DNA of 40,561 nucleotides from positions 1-40,561 of the IMG/VR virus record IMGVR_UViG_3300007551_000005. One strand, given 5' to 3'. The DNA comes from a virus. Lineage: Duplodnaviria; Caudoviricetes. Made by a program: the position numbers and the translations under genes. The notes beneath the pieces were generated by a model. It was not told the DNA's origin and searched no databases. It saw only the letters and a program-made list of their open reading frames with translations. Shown piece after piece: positions 35,575 to 40,561 of the stretch (position 1 is its first letter; each line of letters starts with the position of its first letter).

Positions 35575-36753
35575 ATGCCAATCGACTTAAATACAGCGAC
35601 CCCTGCAGAAAAAACTGCCATACTCGGCGCATTAGGACTCAATCTAAACGAACTATCTACTCGAACAGCAGCTGAAAACCTAAGCAACAAGACACTCGTC
35701 AGTCCTGCATTTAGCGGTATCTGTAGCGGTCAACTTGAATTATCGCAACAGCTTCCAAATACTATACACAGCGCGGTAACTCGTTCTACAATTCGTCGTG
35801 AATTGATGATGCAAGAAAGCGCCGTACAGCGTTTTACTACACAACGCACGTGGAATGTTAGAGGGGGCACAAATGCTTCACAAATTGCAAATTCTGGTGA
35901 CAACGTATGGCTGGATACTACTGATGGTAGAGCATTCTTAAATACTTCGAATGGACCTACTACTGGTCTAGGTTTAGATCATACTTCGTGGGCACGCAAA
36001 GACTTTGGCACGTGCCATCTTAACTTTTCTAGCGGCGGATCACTTGATTGGAATTTCCCATTTTCAATAAGTTTTAGATTTAATCACAGTGAACAGAATG
36101 CAGGTTCGACCTCAGAATATTGGCTTGGAATTAGCAACAACTGGTCTGGCGGTCTGCCTTGTGGACGCGGTGTTGGTATAGTAAATGATATCAATGGTTA
36201 TAGACTGTGGTTCCAAGACGGAACAGCAGCTGTAACTTCAACTGCAGGAAACTCTCTTTTGACGACTGTTGGCGCACACGGATTTACTGTTGGCGATCGC
36301 GTACGTTTTACTGCAATGCAGAGTGGAATTACCAACCTCGCCGCTCAAACAACATATTTTGTTGTTGAAGCCGCAGCGAGCAATACATTTAAAGTCTCAA
36401 CCACTTCGGGAGGAGTAGCAATTGTTCCGTCTGCAGCTTTGGTTGGAGCATCAACACAGGTCGCAAAATCACCAACATATTCGCCGATACTGTCCGGGTT
36501 TAGTGTTGGTCTACAGAACAACCACACCGTATTGATAAGTTCAAACGGGCTTGGTACAGCGTCTCTATACTACGGCACCGCTGGAAATACAATTCCAAGC
36601 AATACTCCACTCGCTACGCTCCCGGTCGCTTCAACTGGCGGAGGCTCTGCTATGATGGCAATGTCATGCACATTCAAGGGATCAATGGCTAGTGTTACTG
36701 GCAATACTGCAATGGCAGTAATTAACGCATCATTCGCACCATTCGCAGCATAA
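35575..36753 (+). CDS. Fibre-like protein with putative lectin-like C-terminal domain
   Basis: ENLSNKTLVSP shaft motif, then a beta-rich domain with an inserted HGFTVGDRV module. Confidence 0.65.
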   Translation: MPIDLNTATPAEKTAILGALGLNLNELSTRTAAENLSNKTLVSPAFSGICSGQLELSQQLPNTIHSAVTRSTIRRELMMQESAVQRFTTQRTWNVRGGTNASQIANSGDNVWLDTTDGRAFLNTSNGPTTGLGLDHTSWARKDFGTCHLNFSSGGSLDWNFPFSISFRFNHSEQNAGSTSEYWLGISNNWSGGLPCGRGVGIVNDINGYRLWFQDGTAAVTSTAGNSLLTTVGAHGFTVGDRVRFTAMQSGITNLAAQTTYFVVEAAASNTFKVSTTSGGVAIVPSAALVGASTQVAKSPTYSPILSGFSVGLQNNHTVLISSNGLGTASLYYGTAGNTIPSNTPLATLPVASTGGGSAMMAMSCTFKGSMASVTGNTAMAVINASFAPFAA

Positions 36754-36757
36754 CGTT

Positions 36758-37084
36758 ATGACTGATTATATCTTACGATTTCCTTCTAAAGAGATAGCCG
36801 AAGCGTTTGGCTTAGCACACGGATTCGCGCGTGCATCAGAAGACGGCACAGTTGTTTCTACATTAGCGAGTCACGAGCACGCTCTGCATGAAGTCGGAGA
36901 GCATAACGACGACGGTCAATACTGGGTACTTTTTCGTGACCTCGTTGATATCGAGATACCTGACGGCGGAGATCAGTTTATCGTCTGGTCGTCAAATCAG
37001 ACTGCGTTAAACGAAGACGGCGTAGAGATAAATGTACCTAGACCATTTAACGACCCTCATGTACCAAATATTTGGTGGGCCTAA
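36758..37084 (+). CDS. Small acidic protein, possible fibre accessory/chaperone
   Basis: 108 aa, MTDYILRFPS...P.IWWA, directly after a fibre gene. Confidence 0.6.
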   Translation: MTDYILRFPSKEIAEAFGLAHGFARASEDGTVVSTLASHEHALHEVGEHNDDGQYWVLFRDLVDIEIPDGGDQFIVWSSNQTALNEDGVEINVPRPFNDPHVPNIWWA

Positions 37085-37266
37085 GCGCTGAGTCGTACCT
37101 CTTCAAACTCACCCTTGCTTAGGTGGAGGCGCGCACTGTTTGCTTTGAAAAATACCTTGTCACCTTCGACTTTATACACTACAATATAGTCGACAATGCC
37201 AACATTCATGCTGCGGAGAAGATCTTTAAATTCGCTGTTTACGTAAACTTTTTCATTTATTTTCAT
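37081..37266 (-). CDS. Small hypothetical protein (only credible minus-strand gene)
   Basis: 61 aa filling the gap between the fibre block and glf. Its stop overlaps the convergent stop, and CATAAATA lies 9 nt upstream. Confidence 0.6.
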   Translation of the reverse strand: MKINEKVYVNSEFKDLLRSMNVGIVDYIVVYKVEGDKVFFKANSARLHLSKGEFEEVRLSA

Positions 37267-37275
37267 ATAGATATA

Positions 37276-37283
37276 TATTTATG
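37276..37283 (-). promoter_or_regulatory. Late promoter variant CATAAATA
   Basis: 7/8 match with the same spacing to ATG as the + strand late boxes. Confidence 0.5.
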
Positions 37284-37312
37284 TTTACAGGTGACAAAAA
37301 CTGTGATAAAAT
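37283..37312 (+). promoter_or_regulatory. T4 early-type/sigma70 promoter for glf
   Basis: GTTTACA (37283-37289), 17 nt spacer ending TGTGA, TAAAAT (37307-37312). This matches the T4 early consensus with an extended -10. Confidence 0.65.
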
Positions 37313-37320
37313 ACTATTTT

Positions 37321-38319
37321 ATGAAAAAAAATGCTAAAGTAATTGGTTGTGGGCTGTCAGGAGTCACTGCAGCGGTGTTATTAAAAGAAAAAGGGTATGC
37401 CGTTGAGATTTATGAGACGCGGCCACACATTGGTGGAAACTGCGCCGATGCATACGTCACAAACACGCTCGTGCATCAATATGGCCCTCATATTTTTCAT
37501 ACAGACGACGAAGAAGTCTATAAGTTTCTAAGTCGTTATACTGAGTGGATCCCGTTTAAGCTGCAACCGCAGGGAGACACCCGACTTGGTCGAGTCAGTT
37601 TGCCATACAGCCGAAAGACGGTCTCTGAACTTGGTCGCGAGCTTTCACAAGAAGAGATTGTAGAATACGTCTTTAAAGACTACAGCGAAAAGCAGTGGGG
37701 CGTGCCATTCGACGAGATTCCAAAGACAATTACAAATCGTATTCCTAAAACTGCAGACGCGGCAGACCCTACCTGGTTTGAAGGTCAAAAGTATCAGTGC
37801 ATCCCAAAAGAAGGCTACTCTGCAATGTTCGGGCGTATGTTAGACGACATTACAGTACATCTAAACTGCGCTGAAGATCGCTGGGCCTTTGAGAGGACTC
37901 CCAATGACCTTATCGTCTATACCGGAAAGATTGACAGCTACTTTGGAACTATCTACGGAGAGTTGCCCTATCGCTCGCTGCGCTTTGAGCATGACGTGCT
38001 TTGCGAAAAGATGGATACGTTTATAGTCAACCAAAACAATCCTGACACCCCATACACGCGAGTCTATGATCACAGCTACTTTACTCCAGGTCATGTTGGC
38101 CCTACAGTCGTTACGCGAGAATATCCTAAAGCTTGTGGTAAAAATGACGTGCCGTTTTATCCTATTCCTTGGGGCGAAGGACAAGAAACCTATCGCCTCT
38201 ATGAGGCCCTCGCTAAAGCGGAAAAAGACGTAATTTTCGTCGGACGCCTTGCAACCTATAAATATCTAGACATGTGGATGGCAGTAAAGCATGTTATGTT
38301 AAAGCTTAAAGACTTATGA
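37321..38319 (+). CDS. glf: UDP-galactopyranose mutase
   Basis: GCGLSG FAD motif, HIGGNCAD, HQYGPHIFHT, EKQWG, LPYRSL, PYTRV, GRLATYKYLDM. The start at 37321 puts the Rossmann motif at the N-terminus. Confidence 0.93.
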   Translation: MKKNAKVIGCGLSGVTAAVLLKEKGYAVEIYETRPHIGGNCADAYVTNTLVHQYGPHIFHTDDEEVYKFLSRYTEWIPFKLQPQGDTRLGRVSLPYSRKTVSELGRELSQEEIVEYVFKDYSEKQWGVPFDEIPKTITNRIPKTADAADPTWFEGQKYQCIPKEGYSAMFGRMLDDITVHLNCAEDRWAFERTPNDLIVYTGKIDSYFGTIYGELPYRSLRFEHDVLCEKMDTFIVNQNNPDTPYTRVYDHSYFTPGHVGPTVVTREYPKACGKNDVPFYPIPWGEGQETYRLYEALAKAEKDVIFVGRLATYKYLDMWMAVKHVMLKLKDL

Positions 38320-38987
38320 GACTTGCACTTTGTTTAAGAGGACACATACGAGACGGCCTCTTTAGTGACGCATTACGAGAATTTATAAACAACTGTGAAA
38401 AAGACGGGCATTTTATTGATGTCTATTGTCATACCTGGTCAGAGTCAGAAGCAAAAACAAGTTATAAAACACTCGATCGATTACATCTTTTTCAAGTTAA
38501 AGAAGGGTTGTTACGTAGTTATTTTAAAAACCGCAACGTGATAGACGTGTGCATAGAAAACGATTCTAAGATAAAAATATACGGCAAGAAAAGCGGTGTT
38601 GTTTGTAAAAGTACCTGTCCGCTAATTGCATGGAAACGTATGTGGGCAGGACAAGCCGCAGTGGTGGCAGAAGCGTACAAAAATCGTAAAAACTATGATG
38701 CGTTTATTAACACTCGCTATGATTTTTTTACGGCTCCAATATGTTATACTCCGCCAAATCATTTGCAACGTCTAATTTCTAAAGGCGAAAAATTTGCATT
38801 TAAATATCCGTCATATACTAAAAGTTTAATTGGTGTTGATAATTTTTATGTTGGAACCCCAGAAAATATGTATGCGTTTGTATATGACTTTTATCGTGAT
38901 TTAGACAGCATAGTTATGCAATATCCTGACACCATTTATCAAGAAGAGTTAGTTTATCGTCACGCACACAACATTGGTTTATTATGA
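38316..38987 (+). CDS. Putative glycosyltransferase-like protein, paralog 1
   Basis: MRLALCLRGHIR...DVYCHTW...YDAFINTRYD...DNFY...E pattern seen in phage and bacterial glycan loci. ATGA overlap with glf. Confidence 0.6.
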   Translation: MRLALCLRGHIRDGLFSDALREFINNCEKDGHFIDVYCHTWSESEAKTSYKTLDRLHLFQVKEGLLRSYFKNRNVIDVCIENDSKIKIYGKKSGVVCKSTCPLIAWKRMWAGQAAVVAEAYKNRKNYDAFINTRYDFFTAPICYTPPNHLQRLISKGEKFAFKYPSYTKSLIGVDNFYVGTPENMYAFVYDFYRDLDSIVMQYPDTIYQEELVYRHAHNIGLL

Positions 38988-39655
38988 GAGTCGCATTTTG
39001 TATACGAGGACACATACGAGGCGGGTTGAATGACTCTCAACTAAAAGACTATTTAAATCTTTTAAAAAAACAAGGGCATACAATAGATTTATTTTTACAT
39101 ACATGGACAGAGTCAGAAGCAAAAAGTTCATATCGAAAACTTGATAAGATTAGCAGTTCTAGTGTCACGCCATTATTGCTTAAAGATTATTTTAGCGAGC
39201 ATAACATAAAACAGATTATGATTGATGATGATGCTGAGTTGAAATTACATGGTAACTTAGAAGGAAAGATAAACACCTGTCCAAAAATTGCATGGAAACG
39301 TATGTGGGCAGGAAAATTTAAACTTGCATCACATCTCTATCACAATCATACCTATGAATATGACCTTGTCGTAAGCACTCGTTATGATAAATTTACTACA
39401 CAAGTATGCTATACACCAGTTAAAAACCTACTAAAGATGACAACTTGCGAAAATGGATTAAGTCTAAAATATCCGCAATATTATCGATATATAAAGGGAA
39501 TAGACAACTACTATTGTGGATCAATACAAACAATCTATGATATTACGTGCGCTTTTCACTATTCGCTTGATGAAATTGCCTCAAAATACATAATACGCAG
39601 TTTTCATGAAGAGCTTTTTTATAAATATGTGGTTGACCGCGGTTTTGTGAAGTAA
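38984..39655 (+). CDS. Putative glycosyltransferase-like protein, paralog 2
   Basis: Same length (223 aa) and motifs as the upstream gene, with an ATGA overlap. Confidence 0.6.
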   Translation: MRVAFCIRGHIRGGLNDSQLKDYLNLLKKQGHTIDLFLHTWTESEAKSSYRKLDKISSSSVTPLLLKDYFSEHNIKQIMIDDDAELKLHGNLEGKINTCPKIAWKRMWAGKFKLASHLYHNHTYEYDLVVSTRYDKFTTQVCYTPVKNLLKMTTCENGLSLKYPQYYRYIKGIDNYYCGSIQTIYDITCAFHYSLDEIASKYIIRSFHEELFYKYVVDRGFVK

Positions 39656-39667
39656 AATTGTGTTTTT

Positions 39668-39675
39668 TATAAATA
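39668..39675 (+). promoter_or_regulatory. T4-type late promoter TATAAATA
   Basis: Exact consensus in the intergenic gap, 55 nt before the holin-like ATG. Confidence 0.7.
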
Positions 39676-39730
39676 CTCTTATATTGATAGTCATTACGTG
39701 ATGTTTCACACTTTAAAAGTATAGTTATAA

Positions 39731-40051
39731 ATGGAACCAGAAAGATCGATGCTAAAAGAGTTTCTAGAGGGTGGTTGGATAATACCCCTAGTTGGAGCAG
39801 CAGGCATGCTTGCTCGACTCATGACAGCAAAAAAAGAGTATACGATTCTCGAGCAGTTTAAAAATATAATATCAGCCGCACTCTCTGCAGCAATCGCATG
39901 GTTTATATTGGAGCAGACCGACATTCCTAGCCTCTACAAAGCGATTACCTATGGCATTATCGGGGTAGTCTCTCCAGAAATCATTACAGGCATCATCAAG
40001 CTCGCAAAGAATTTTGAACGCTCACCAGAAAAATATGTGAAAAAACCATGA
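39731..40051 (+). CDS. Holin-like membrane protein
   Basis: 106 aa with about three hydrophobic segments and a basic C-terminus, behind a late promoter. Confidence 0.55.
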   Translation: MEPERSMLKEFLEGGWIIPLVGAAGMLARLMTAKKEYTILEQFKNIISAALSAAIAWFILEQTDIPSLYKAITYGIIGVVSPEIITGIIKLAKNFERSPEKYVKKP

Positions 40052-40203
40052 AAACTGTAATATGGTTAGCACTAGCACTCGTCGCTATTATACAAATAAT
40101 AGCATTTAATGCTGTTGTTAATCAAAATGAAGTCATTTCTCATTATATTGTGTTGATTGCGCTTGGTCTTTCGCTCTATACTGGAATCTCTATAAAAGAA
40201 TAA
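40048..40203 (+). CDS. 51-aa two-TM membrane protein (not in the ORF track)
   Basis: MKTVIWLALALVAIIQIIAFNAVVNQNEVISHYIVLIALGLSLYTGISIKE. ATGA overlap with the holin-like gene, and it exactly fills the gap. Confidence 0.7.
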   Translation: MKTVIWLALALVAIIQIIAFNAVVNQNEVISHYIVLIALGLSLYTGISIKE

Positions 40204-40211
40204 TATAAATA
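40204..40211 (+). promoter_or_regulatory. T4-type late promoter TATAAATA
   Basis: Exact consensus ending 6 nt before ATG 40218. Confidence 0.8.
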
Positions 40212-40217
40212 CAAATT

Positions 40218-40517
40218 ATGAGCAATAATCTAAACCTATACGAAAGATCTCTTATACGTGATACCTCTTCTGCTGTCGCCTATGCACCTTTAGCTTTTAC
40301 TGCTGGCGAGTATGCACCAATCATTGACGGAGAAGCACGAGTGTTTAGTGGTCTCTATGTCGCGCCTGGCACATCAAATGGAGATATTACTCTTGTTGGA
40401 GTAGACAACGTGGCACATACACTGACACTGTCTCCTGGGGTATGGCCGCTCGGAGGAATAAAAATTCTAGAAAGTGGTACCACAATTTCAACAGCTGCAG
40501 TAACAGTTTTATTCTGA
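40218..40517 (+). CDS. Head-spike base protein-like (RcGTA Rcc01079-like)
   Basis: 99 aa. GLYV...GDITLVGVD...PG..PL...KILESGTT...VTVLF resembles the spike-base family, and an MLGLGL gene follows. Confidence 0.55.
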   Translation: MSNNLNLYERSLIRDTSSAVAYAPLAFTAGEYAPIIDGEARVFSGLYVAPGTSNGDITLVGVDNVAHTLTLSPGVWPLGGIKILESGTTISTAAVTVLF

Positions 40518-40518
40518 T

Positions 40519-40561
40519 ATGTTAGGTCTTGGATTAGATTTGGCATACAAGTATGTCTCCA
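40519..40561 (+). CDS. Start of a probable head fibre (3'-truncated)
   Basis: MLGLGLDLAYKYVS begins 1 nt after the upstream stop. An LGLGL N-terminus is typical of fibres docking on spike bases. Confidence 0.5.
   Translation, partial: MLGLGLDLAYKYVS

Noticed and set aside
30-36527. Numerous 60-150 aa minus-strand and off-frame ORFs
   Set aside because: They lie within or largely overlap well-supported + strand genes and have no recognisable motifs.
5443-37084. Invertase/shufflon-type fibre switching
   Set aside because: All fibre genes are co-oriented, and no recombinase or inverted crossover sites were seen by eye.
37123-37320. N-terminal extension of Glf in the ORF track
   Set aside because: It overlaps the minus-strand gene and the promoter, and the FAD motif starts right after ATG 37321.
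38257-38264. TATAAATA inside glf (also at 39620-39627)
   Set aside because: Both coincide with Tyr-Lys-Tyr codons, so they may be coding coincidences. They were not called, though internal late promoters cannot be excluded.
1-40561. Stop-codon reassignment
   Set aside because: The standard code gives long, tightly packed ORFs, and TAA, TGA and (once) TAG all end plausible genes.

Overview
The window is a gene-dense, almost entirely + strand virion-structure region of a large T4-like myophage with cyanophage/aquatic-type gene order. It opens with the baseplate wedge (5'-truncated gp25, gp6, gp7, gp8) and a VrlC/DUF4815-like protein. Around these lie about 15 fibre, adhesin or accessory genes: tail-collar fibres, RCC1/FG-GAP propellers, a plant-type LRR protein, an S74-chaperone fibre with a likely tip adhesin, and lectin-like proteins. 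The window ends with a glf (UDP-galactopyranose mutase) plus two-paralog cassette behind an early-type promoter, a holin-like membrane pair, and an RcGTA-like head-spike base/fibre pair. Many genes sit 5-10 nt downstream of T4 late promoter boxes (TATAAATA) with no Shine-Dalgarno site. The most unusual signal is a possible modular docking system. An incomplete ~46-aa PKD/Ig-like half-domain occurs three times (twice in gp7, once at the end of the FG-GAP protein), and the adjacent LRR protein starts with what looks like the missing strands. Acidic LxxE-G motifs in gp7 precede three fibres that share a K(I/F)S(Q/E)L N-terminus, and small domains are repeatedly inserted into loops, including one nested inside a copy of itself. 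All family assignments come from motif recognition by eye, not database searches.
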